The notes beneath the pieces were generated by a model. That model had not been told where the DNA came from, searched no databases, and saw nothing but the letters and a program-made list of their open reading frames with translations. 64,000 bases of DNA, from assembly GCA_963702005.1 (NCBI GenBank), contig OY969696.1, forward strand, positions 672,001 to 736,000, given 5' to 3'. Positions 35,569 through 43,793 of the stretch are shown piece after piece (the first letter of the stretch is position 1; each line of letters starts with the position of its first letter). A program made the position numbers and the translations under genes. Source of the DNA: Candidatus Aminicenantes bacterium (GTDB lineage Bacteria > Acidobacteriota > Aminicenantia > Aminicenantales > JAFGBC01).

Positions 35569-37857
35569 ATGAGTCGAAGAAGTTCCCGAAGAAAGAGGGC
35601 TCGGGCGTCAGGCCGGACCGGATCGAACGCTCCCGCGGCTGAAAAAAAGAGCGAGTTTCACGAGGCCCAAAGTCCGAAATCCGGCAGTCGTCGAGGATTG
35701 ATCGGGGGCATCGCCGGGAGCGCCGCGGCGGCGGGCCTCCTCCTTTATTTTTTAGTTATCGGCCCCGGCCGGAATCGGATCCGGCTACCGGGCGCGCCTT
35801 CTCCGAACGTCCTACTCATCACCCTCGACACCACCAGGGCCGACCATCTGGGCTGTTACGGCTATCGGTCGGCCAAGACTCCCTCTCTGGACGGCCTGGC
35901 CCGGGATGGGATCAGGTTTTCCCGGGTCTATTGTCCCGCGCCCCTGACGCTGCCCTCTCATTGTTCGATCATGACCGGGCTTTATCCTCTCAAGCACGGC
36001 GTTCGCAATAACGGTCATGATCTGCCTTCGGGAATCAAGACGCTGGCGAACATCTTGAAAGGGCACGGCTACGCCACCGCGGCTTTTGTCTCTTCGTTCT
36101 CGGTGGATTCCCGGTTCGGGCTCAACCGGGGCTTCGACGTCTATGACGACCAGTTCCAGTCGGAGCTTCCGATCAAATCCCAGAACGCGGAGCGCCCGGC
36201 CGAGGGAACGTTCGCCCGGTTTTCCCGCTGGCTGGACAAGAATTCCGGCGCCAAGTTTTTCTGCTGGGTCCACTATTATGACCCGCACCTGCCTTATGAC
36301 CCTCCTTCGCCCTACCGGGAAGAGTTCGGCGGCCGTCCCTACGACGGAGAGATCGCCTACATGGATCATTATATAGGCGCCCTGCTGGAGGGGTTGAAGG
36401 ACAAGGGAATTCTGGGGAATACGCTCGTCGTCGTCGCCGGCGACCACGGAGAAGGGTTCGGGAACAAGGTCGAGATCGGCCACGGCCTATTCCTCTATGA
36501 GGAGACCCTCCGGGTCCCGCTCATCTTCTATCATCCCGGGATCTTCCGTCGTCCTCGCGTCGTGGAAGGTTCGGTCCGGCTGGTCGACGCGGCTCCGACC
36601 ATTCTGGAGATCCTCGGCTTGAACGGTGAAGCCGCGGACATGCAGGGGCAAAGCCTGATCGCCCGGATCGGAAGCCGGAGCCGGGATGGCCTCGACAGCC
36701 TGGTCGAATCGTTCTACCCCCGGGAAAATTTCGGCTGGTCGGAACTCGTCGGACTGGTCTCGGGCTCTTGGAAATTCATCCAGTCCCCGCGGCCCGAGCT
36801 CTACGATCTGGGGAATGACCCCGAAGAAAGGAAGAATCTGGCCGATGTCGAGGCCGACCGGGCCCGCGCCTTGAAGGCCAAGCTGGAACAAGGGCTTCTC
36901 GGCTTGAGCCCCGGACGTCCGGCGGCCGGCGAAGGAACCGCGGCCCGGCCGGAAGACATGGACAAACTCAGGTCCCTCGGCTACGTGAATTTCGCCCCGG
37001 CCCGGCCGGGTTCGATTTATCCCGACCCGAAAGACAAGCTCGACCTCCTCAAGCTGATCCAGCAGGCCCAGGCGTATGAGTTCGAGGACAAGTACGCCGA
37101 GGCCGAGCAAGTCGATCTCCGGATCCTGGCCGGCATCCCGGATTCCCCCGCGAGCTATATCAACCTGGCCATCGCCCAGGCGAGGCAACATAAGTTCGAC
37201 CAGGCGGTCGATACGCTGAAAAAGGGCACGGCCCGTATCCCGGATTCCAAGATCCTCCTCTCCCGCCTGGGGCACACCTATCTCGTCGCCGGAAAACTCC
37301 AGGACGCCTCTGAGACGATGAAGCTGACCCTGGCTCTGAACCCCCGAAACGTCGACGCCCTGACCATCTCTGCCGGCATCCTGGACACGTGGGGCCGGAA
37401 GGACCAGGCCCGCACGTATTATGAGCGGGCCCTGGCCGTCGAACCGGGGAGCCGGTACCTCCGGATGAGCTATGCGGGCAATCTGGCCTCCAGCGGCCGG
37501 CTGCGGGAAGCGATCGAGGTCTATAAAAAACTGATCGAAGATTTTCCCGAAGAACAGGCCTTCTATCAGTACGCGGGCATCGCTTATTCCTACCTGGGCG
37601 AATACGAGCCGGCCATTCAGTTCCTCGAACGGGCCGTTGCTATCGGCCCGACGCCGGTCGGATTTTTCAACCTGGCCGTGTCCTGCGAAAAGAGCGGCCG
37701 CCTCCAGGACGCGATAAAATATCTCGGGCTTTACCTGGAGAATTCGGGGGGGAGAGCGAAATCAATATCCGAAGGGCCCGGGCGGAGCTCGAACGTCTGG
37801 AAAAACAACAGCCTCCCCGCTGATCGGTCTTCGCTAAGAATCGGCCGGAGGGGTTGA
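35569..37857 (+). CDS. Sulfatase-like protein with C-terminal TPR repeats (C-terminus probably frameshifted at a G7 run)
   Basis: ITLDTTRADH, LTLPSHCSIMTG, GDHGE, LRSLGY, TPR helices. Confidence 0.9.
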   Translation: MSRRSSRRKRARASGRTGSNAPAAEKKSEFHEAQSPKSGSRRGLIGGIAGSAAAAGLLLYFLVIGPGRNRIRLPGAPSPNVLLITLDTTRADHLGCYGYRSAKTPSLDGLARDGIRFSRVYCPAPLTLPSHCSIMTGLYPLKHGVRNNGHDLPSGIKTLANILKGHGYATAAFVSSFSVDSRFGLNRGFDVYDDQFQSELPIKSQNAERPAEGTFARFSRWLDKNSGAKFFCWVHYYDPHLPYDPPSPYREEFGGRPYDGEIAYMDHYIGALLEGLKDKGILGNTLVVVAGDHGEGFGNKVEIGHGLFLYEETLRVPLIFYHPGIFRRPRVVEGSVRLVDAAPTILEILGLNGEAADMQGQSLIARIGSRSRDGLDSLVESFYPRENFGWSELVGLVSGSWKFIQSPRPELYDLGNDPEERKNLADVEADRARALKAKLEQGLLGLSPGRPAAGEGTAARPEDMDKLRSLGYVNFAPARPGSIYPDPKDKLDLLKLIQQAQAYEFEDKYAEAEQVDLRILAGIPDSPASYINLAIAQARQHKFDQAVDTLKKGTARIPDSKILLSRLGHTYLVAGKLQDASETMKLTLALNPRNVDALTISAGILDTWGRKDQARTYYERALAVEPGSRYLRMSYAGNLASSGRLREAIEVYKKLIEDFPEEQAFYQYAGIAYSYLGEYEPAIQFLERAVAIGPTPVGFFNLAVSCEKSGRLQDAIKYLGLYLENSGGRAKSISEGPGRSSNVWKNNSLPADRSSLRIGRRG

Positions 37858-37910
37858 CTTGCGGGGCGGGCGGGTGTTATCTTGGCCTCCCGATCCAGAG
37901 TCTGGATGCC

Positions 37911-38702
37911 ATGCCGTATCAAGATCATGCCGAAAGCCAGGGCGGCGAAGTCCTGTTCCGCGACGATCAAAGCGATGCGCTCGGACTGACCGAAGAGATC
38001 CGGCCCTCGCGCAGGGGCGGCCGCCACGCCGCGCTTCTCGATACCGGCCGCCTAGGGCTCGTCGAGCTCGATTGGCTGGCCAAGGAAGGGCTGAGTCTTT
38101 ACACGTCGGACGAAGCCGGGCGGTCCGCTCCCGACCTCATTCGGATCGGAGAAGAGATCCGCAAAGCGGGCGGCGGCATGTTTTACTTCCATAACGGGGC
38201 CTGGGATGGAGACGCCAGCCCGGCCCGACCTTCATTCGCGGATCTCGTTGACATGGGGCGAAGCGGGATCGATATCCATGTCTCCAACCGCGAAAGGGAC
38301 CGCGATCCGGTCCGCCTCTGCGAGCTCGCCCGGGCTTGCCGGGAGGGCCGAGCTTGGTTCGTCTATTATCACGCGGGGCGACTCAGCCCTTGGATTGAGG
38401 ACCTGGCTCGTTGCGGCGCTTGGATCCATCTGACCGAGGATAGTCTGTCGGCGGATGGGGATGTCCTTATCGTCAAGGACGCCGCGGCTGCGGCCCGCCG
38501 CCGGGGATTCAACATCATCCTTCATCTGGCCTCGGTCCGGAACGTCTCCTGGATCAAGGATCTCCTCAAGGCGGGCGTCCTGGTCCTCATGGAGACCGCG
38601 CCGAGCGATTATCGGTCTCCCCTCCGGGAGCTCGAAGCCGAGTCTAAAAAAACGCGGCTCGAGCGCAGGATGTATTATCTCAATTCGACCTTCCTTCCTT
38701 AA
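37911..38702 (+). CDS. Hypothetical protein with internal ~55-60 aa beta/alpha repeats
   Basis: Own promoter TTGACT-18-TATCTT (37854-37883); recurring 'YFHNG..DMGRSGIDIHVS / YYHAG..DLARCGAWIHLT'. Confidence 0.75.
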   Translation: MPYQDHAESQGGEVLFRDDQSDALGLTEEIRPSRRGGRHAALLDTGRLGLVELDWLAKEGLSLYTSDEAGRSAPDLIRIGEEIRKAGGGMFYFHNGAWDGDASPARPSFADLVDMGRSGIDIHVSNRERDRDPVRLCELARACREGRAWFVYYHAGRLSPWIEDLARCGAWIHLTEDSLSADGDVLIVKDAAAAARRRGFNIILHLASVRNVSWIKDLLKAGVLVLMETAPSDYRSPLRELEAESKKTRLERRMYYLNSTFLP

Positions 38703-38940
38703 TTCCCCCCTGTTTCCCGTAATCATGTTCTTGAGAATCTGCAGACATGATTACGGCAGCCGAATTCGCGTTTCGTTATTCTGCGCCGCCCGTGTTCGGC
38801 TGTGCCGAGTAAGCGGAGCTCAGTAGAGTCGGACGTATCGCTCATGTCGCGACGCTCTTACCTGAAGGAATGAAGCGCTTCGTTCGCCCTATTCATGGGG
38901 GGATTTGGAGGCTTAACCACTAACTATTGGGTCAAATAAA

Positions 38941-38987
38941 AAAAAAGTAAAAAAAGTATTGACATTTACCGAAAATTGTTTAAATAT
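38941..38987 (+). promoter_or_regulatory. Sigma70 promoter with A-tract UP element
   Basis: AAAAAAGTA x2 then TTGACA (38959-38964); AT-rich, non-consensus -10 region at 38980-38987. Confidence 0.65.
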
Positions 38988-39013
38988 ACGTAAGTGAAAG
39001 ACATAATTCAAAC

Positions 39014-39073
39014 ATGGAGTACGACCAAGAGATTGAATACGGCGCAGAAACAGACGCCGAATTATTAGCGTAA
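39014..39073 (+). CDS. Putative 19-aa acidic leader/precursor peptide MEYDQEIEYGAETDAELLA
   Basis: ATG..TAA read manually, ~20 nt after the predicted TSS and 15 nt before the ATP-grasp start; weak RBS. Confidence 0.45.
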   Translation: MEYDQEIEYGAETDAELLA

Positions 39074-39088
39074 CCGAGAAACGACAAA

Positions 39089-40207
39089 ATGAGGATTGCT
39101 TTAATATTTAGCTCCAAAAAAGGTATGGCCGCTTCCCTCCACCGCGTCCTCCCCGAGGAGAAGCGCGAGGACGAGGACGAGCCCCCACCCGATCTCTACG
39201 CCGAGTGCGATTCCGACGAAACCATCTCGGCGGTGCGGGGAGCCCTCGAGGAAAGATACGAGGTCGTTTCCATCGAGTCCGACGACCGCGCCTTTGAGCG
39301 TCTGAAAAAGGCGAAGCCCGACCTCGTCTTCAACATCGCCGAGCGATTGTTCGGGCCCAACCGGGAATCCCATATTCCGATTCTCTGCGAGATTCTCGAC
39401 ATCCCCTATACCGGCTCCGACCCGCTCACCTTGGGGATCTGCCTCGACAAGTCTCGGGCCAAGGAGATCCTCTCCTTCCACGGCATTCTCAACCCGCCTT
39501 TTTGGACCGTCTCTTCTTATCTCGAACTGCCCCGATCGGTCGCCCTGCCGGCCGTCGTCAAGCCCCTGTTCGAGGGCTCGAGCAAGGGGATCAAGGACAA
39601 CTGCCTGGTCCGGACGCGGCGCGACCTCATCCTCCGCGTCCGGGAAGTGACCGGCCTTTACCGTCAACCGGTCATCGTCGAGAAGTTCCTGGGCGGACGG
39701 GAGTTCACCGTGGGCGTCTTGGGGAACCCGCCCGGGATCGAGATCCTGCCCATCGTCGAGATCGACCACAGTCAGCTCCCGGACGGGGCCGCCCCGATCT
39801 ATTCCTACGAAGCCAAGTGGGTTTGGGACCGGCCCGAAAATCCGCTCCGGATTTTCCGCTGTCCCGCCGACCTTTCCGAACGGCTCCAGGACGAGATCGA
39901 GGATCTCGTCCGGCGGACCTGCGACGTCCTCCGTGTCCGCGACTGGTGCCGGATCGATGTCCGGCTCGACGAACGGGATCGCCCCCAGATTCTCGAGGTC
40001 AATCCTTTGCCCGGGATCCTTCCCAACCCGGAGGATAATTCCTGCATGCCCAAGGCTGCCCGGACGGCCGGTTACAGCTATACGGGGCTCGTCCATCGCG
40101 TCGTCGAAGAGGCCTTGTCGCGCCACGGTCTGGACGCGCCCAAACCGCGTATCGTTCAGCGGACGCCGGGCCGCCTCTGGCACGAGGCGCGGGCGGCCGG
40201 AGAGTGA
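39089..40207 (+). CDS. D-Ala-D-Ala-ligase-like ATP-grasp enzyme 1
   Basis: VFNIAE, PYTGS, DKSRAK, VKPLFEGSSKGI, EKFLGGREFTVG, RIDVR, EVNPLPG. Confidence 0.92.
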   Translation: MRIALIFSSKKGMAASLHRVLPEEKREDEDEPPPDLYAECDSDETISAVRGALEERYEVVSIESDDRAFERLKKAKPDLVFNIAERLFGPNRESHIPILCEILDIPYTGSDPLTLGICLDKSRAKEILSFHGILNPPFWTVSSYLELPRSVALPAVVKPLFEGSSKGIKDNCLVRTRRDLILRVREVTGLYRQPVIVEKFLGGREFTVGVLGNPPGIEILPIVEIDHSQLPDGAAPIYSYEAKWVWDRPENPLRIFRCPADLSERLQDEIEDLVRRTCDVLRVRDWCRIDVRLDERDRPQILEVNPLPGILPNPEDNSCMPKAARTAGYSYTGLVHRVVEEALSRHGLDAPKPRIVQRTPGRLWHEARAAGE

Positions 40208-40210
40208 CCG

Positions 40211-41227
40211 ATGATGACCCGGAACCTCCTGGTCGGCATCGCTTTCAACGCCTACGAGCCGCCCTCGACGCGCGCTAAAGAGGAACGGATGTCGGAGGAA
40301 TCCGTCGAGCAGATGGCCTTCGAGGTCTTGGAGGCCGTCACCGAGCTTGGCTACTCGGCGGTCGTCCTTCCCCTTCAGCGCAGCTTCCTGCGCTTCCTGG
40401 ACCGGATGAAGAGACTCAACTTCGACGTCCTCATCAACCTCTGCGAAGGATTCCGCGGCCGTCCCCAGCTCGAAGCCAACGTCGCGGCCGCCCTCGAGCT
40501 CCTGGAAACTCCCTTCACCGGCAACTCGTCGCGGACGCTGGCCCTCTGCCAGGACAAATACAATACCAAGGCCATCCTCAACGCTCAGGGCTTGCCCACG
40601 GCCAAGGCCCGTTTGATGACCGCGGCCGAGGAAATCAACGACCTCCGCTTCCCGCTCTTCGTCAAGCCCAACGCCGAAGACGCCAGCTTGGGCATCCATT
40701 CCGATTCGGTCGTCGGCGACCAGGAAAGCCTCTTCCGGCAGGTCGACCACCTGCTCCGGACCTACCAGCAGCCGGTTCTGGTCGAAGAGTACATCGACGG
40801 CCGGGAATTCAACGTCGCCGTCTTCGACAATCACGAGATCCAGGCCCTGCCCGTTTCAGAGATCGATTTTTCGGGGATGCCGGCCTCGGCCCCCCGCATC
40901 TGCAGCTACGAAGCCAAGTGGTTCGAGGACCACGAGTTCTACACGCATACCGTTCCGATCTGCCCCGCCAAGATCGAAGAACAAACCCGGGCCAAGCTCC
41001 AGGCGACGGCCCTGGCCGCCTTCCATGCGACCGGCTGCCGCGACTACGCCCGGGTCGACTTCCGGATGGACAGGGAAGGGGCCCTGGCTATTCTCGAGGT
41101 CAATCCCAACCCCGATATCTCGCTCAACGCGGGCTATGCTCGGGCCCTCAAGGCGTTCGGGATCGACTACAAGATGTTCTGGCATCAGCTCATCGAAAAC
41201 GCCTTGCAGAGGAAACGGGCTTCTTGA
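40211..41227 (+). CDS. D-Ala-D-Ala-ligase-like ATP-grasp enzyme 2
   Basis: INLCEG, PFTGN, VKPNAEDASLGI, EEYIDGREFNV, RVDFR, EVNPNPD. Confidence 0.92.
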   Translation: MMTRNLLVGIAFNAYEPPSTRAKEERMSEESVEQMAFEVLEAVTELGYSAVVLPLQRSFLRFLDRMKRLNFDVLINLCEGFRGRPQLEANVAAALELLETPFTGNSSRTLALCQDKYNTKAILNAQGLPTAKARLMTAAEEINDLRFPLFVKPNAEDASLGIHSDSVVGDQESLFRQVDHLLRTYQQPVLVEEYIDGREFNVAVFDNHEIQALPVSEIDFSGMPASAPRICSYEAKWFEDHEFYTHTVPICPAKIEEQTRAKLQATALAAFHATGCRDYARVDFRMDREGALAILEVNPNPDISLNAGYARALKAFGIDYKMFWHQLIENALQRKRAS

Positions 41228-41694
41228 TCAGGCCCCTGACCCAGGGCGACCGGGCGACCATCCTCCATCTTCTCCGGGACACGGGCATGTTCACGGACGC
41301 CGAGATCGTGGTCGCCGAGGAGCAGATCGATATCGTCCTGAACCAGCCCGGCCAGAAGGACTACGACATCGTCGTTGTCCAGGACGAGGCCGCGGCGGTC
41401 GCCGGATTCCTGTCCTGGGGATCGACCCCCTTGACCGAGGGCGCCTACGACCTGTACTGGATGGCCGTCGCGCCGGACAAGCAGGGTCGCGGCTACGGCA
41501 AACGGCTCGTCCGCTGGCTCGAGGACCGGGTCAAGTCCGAGAAGGGGCGGCTCATCATCATCGAGACCTCGTCCCTGCCGAAGTACAAACCGACCCGCGA
41601 ATTTTATCTCGGGCTCGGCTACAAAGAGGCGGCGCGCATCCCCGACTTCTACAAGCCGGGCGACGCCCGCGTCATCTATACGAAGTATTTGTAA
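41224..41694 (+). CDS. GNAT family N-acetyltransferase
   Basis: TTG start overlapping the upstream stop; DLYWMAVAPDKQGRGYG, IETSS, FY..LGY, PDFY. Confidence 0.9.
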   Translation: MIRPLTQGDRATILHLLRDTGMFTDAEIVVAEEQIDIVLNQPGQKDYDIVVVQDEAAAVAGFLSWGSTPLTEGAYDLYWMAVAPDKQGRGYGKRLVRWLEDRVKSEKGRLIIIETSSLPKYKPTREFYLGLGYKEAARIPDFYKPGDARVIYTKYL

Positions 41695-41696
41695 AA

Positions 41697-42786
41697 GACC
41701 GGGGTCAAACCTACACTTTGTCACAAAGTGCAACTTAAGGAAGAAAAGGCGGTTTTATTTCGTCAGATTCTTTGTGATTTCTTCAACAGCCTGACGGAGA
41801 ACGTTGTTCTCACGAATGAGTGTTTTCATTCGGATTGAAATTTTCGCGATGCCGGATTGGCTGAGGTTGAAATAGTCGGCCACGTCCTTGAGTGAATACC
41901 CCGCTTTCTTGCCTGCAATCCATATGACCGCATCTCTATTGAATTTGTTGTTCCGTCCCAAGACTCGATCCGATTCCGATTGAATCCGGTTCAGCGGGGG
42001 CTTTTCTATCAAACTCCGCAAAGCCGGAAGCTCCCGGTCTTTATGACGATCTGGATTTATCCGGCTCGTGATTTTCTCGACAAACTCAGGGCACCCCAGG
42101 ATGGCCGTGCGTATGAAGTCCTGGCGGAGAGATTCGGGATTTCGGCCGGCTTGGCTCAGGACGAAAGAAGCGTAGAGGCGTCTGGCTTGGGTTCTGTCTT
42201 GGCTGAATAGCCCGAGAACGAACTCGATTTTCAGCCAGGGAGGTGGTTTTCGAAGTCCGACATAGTCTCTATAGCTCGACCAGCAATATTGATCCGGCAG
42301 CTCCGCTATATCGGCGCGGACGGGATTTAAATGAATATAACTGGTAAGCAGTTGGGCGTAGGATTCCGCTTCGATCAAGATGCTTTTAAAACGGCCCTGG
42401 AAGAGGTGACCCACTCGTTTCTGCCTCTTGTTGAGATAAATGGAATAAGCGGAATTGATAAACTGCATGATTTGCGAGAGGTTGCCTCTGGGCGTCTCGA
42501 TCATGAAATGAAAATGATTCTCCATGAGGCAATAGGCGTGGAACTGTGCGGCATGCGTCTCGTAAGCCTCTTCAAGGAAATCCAGGAAGCGCAAATAATT
42601 CAAATTGTTGAAAAAGATCGGTTGTTTCTGATTCCCCCTGGAGGTTACATGATAAAAAGCGCCTTCGTATTCAATCCTGAACTGTCGTGCCACATGAATA
42701 GAGACTTGAGTCCCCGTCGATCTTTCTCACGATCGGATCTACGCTTGAATTACACTTTATGACAAAGTGTAGGTTTGACCCCGGTC
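41697..42786. mobile_element. RAYT-like HUH transposase locus bounded by ~39-bp subterminal inverted repeats
   Basis: GACCGGGGTCAAACCTACACTTTGTCACAAAGTGCAACT (41697-41735) and an inverted copy at 42748-42786 (36/39); interior lower in GC. Confidence 0.85.
41755..42693 (-). CDS. REP-associated tyrosine transposase-like protein (Y1_Tnp + C-terminal HTH/DnaA_C-like domain)
   Basis: YHVTSRGN, YCLMENHFH (HUH), GHLFQGRF, YIHLNPV, WSSY, C-terminal 'SLKDVADYF'. Confidence 0.93.
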   Translation of the reverse strand: MARQFRIEYEGAFYHVTSRGNQKQPIFFNNLNYLRFLDFLEEAYETHAAQFHAYCLMENHFHFMIETPRGNLSQIMQFINSAYSIYLNKRQKRVGHLFQGRFKSILIEAESYAQLLTSYIHLNPVRADIAELPDQYCWSSYRDYVGLRKPPPWLKIEFVLGLFSQDRTQARRLYASFVLSQAGRNPESLRQDFIRTAILGCPEFVEKITSRINPDRHKDRELPALRSLIEKPPLNRIQSESDRVLGRNNKFNRDAVIWIAGKKAGYSLKDVADYFNLSQSGIAKISIRMKTLIRENNVLRQAVEEITKNLTK

Positions 42787-42888
42787 GACGTCTTTAGACA
42801 AAATCCCGGCTTTTTAAGGTCTTTATTTATGAAGAGAGCGCGTTCCGCTCGGTGTATCATAAAGACGGCTTTGAGGCCGGACGTAAAA

Positions 42889-43374
42889 GTGGATTTAGGA
42901 AGGATCTACGACCGGTTCGGGGAGAGGATGTTCCATTATCTGTCTGTCAAGCTCGGCTCGGCCCAGGACGCCGAGGACGTCCTCCAAGAGGTCTTTTATC
43001 GCTTGCTGAAGAATCCCTTAAGGCTCCGGCTCGTGCGCGATCAGGCCGCCTACATCTTCCGGACGGCCCGCAACGAGGCCCTTAGGTTCTTGGGCGGGAA
43101 AATCCGCGATCGGAAGATCTCCAGCCGGGCGCTCGAGCTCCAGGGCGTCATTAGGGAGTCCCTGACCGGGGTCGGCCGGGACGAGGAAGACAGCGCGGCC
43201 CGCGCTTTAGCGGGAATCCCCGAGGAACAGCGTGAGGTCATCATCCTCAAGATTTTCGAGGAGTTGACCTTCAAAGAGATCGCTTCCGTTTGCGGCATTT
43301 CCATCAATACGGCGGCCAGCCGTTACCGGTACGGATTGGAGAAGCTCCGCGAGATCCTGGAGGAGAGACGATGA
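42889..43374 (+). CDS. ECF sigma-70 factor
   Basis: DAEDVLQEVF, YIFRTARN, EQREVIILK..ELTFKEIA...SINTAASR; start uncertain (42829 or 42889). Confidence 0.9.
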   Translation: MDLGRIYDRFGERMFHYLSVKLGSAQDAEDVLQEVFYRLLKNPLRLRLVRDQAAYIFRTARNEALRFLGGKIRDRKISSRALELQGVIRESLTGVGRDEEDSAARALAGIPEEQREVIILKIFEELTFKEIASVCGISINTAASRYRYGLEKLREILEERR

Positions 43375-43793
43375 ACGATGTTCGTAAGACCGAGGAATTT
43401 CTGGAAAGGTTCCAGCGGAAGCCCGCGCCTCCCGGCCTGCGGGCGAAGCTCCTGGAGAGGGCCGGGCAGAGGAGGAGGGATTCAAGGCTGCTTGGTCCGG
43501 CGGGCTGGGGAGTGCTCGGCGCGAGCCTCGTCCTGTTAACGCTGGCCTGGGCTTGCGACGGCTTACTATCTAAGCCCCTGGATCGACGGGTGTCGTCTGC
43601 TCTGGGCCGGTCCGGTTCCGAGCGGAATCCGGAAGAACAAGCCTGGAGTGAGCTAGAGAATGAGGTCCGTTTATCGAACGCCGACCTTAAAATGTCTCCT
43701 TGGCTGGTCCGTCCGCCTGACGGCGAGAACAGCGTCGATCGGGAAACGATTCTTCTGCTCAAAACGATGAAGGAGGATTTTGATGAGCTCTAA
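43371..43793 (+). CDS. Putative membrane anti-sigma factor
   Basis: ATGA-coupled to the ECF gene; 'PAPPGLRAKLL' followed by a single TM. Confidence 0.7.
   Translation: MNDVRKTEEFLERFQRKPAPPGLRAKLLERAGQRRRDSRLLGPAGWGVLGASLVLLTLAWACDGLLSKPLDRRVSSALGRSGSERNPEEQAWSELENEVRLSNADLKMSPWLVRPPDGENSVDRETILLLKTMKEDFDEL

Noticed and set aside
38701-38906. Lysine riboswitch or tmRNA
   Set aside because: GCCGAA is present, but the AGAGG(U/C)GC start, loop-E pattern and tRNA-like tmRNA ends are not.
39089-41227. True ddl or van resistance ligases
   Set aside because: No N-terminal GGxSxE motif, no mur or van neighbours, and a paired divergent architecture with a GNAT.
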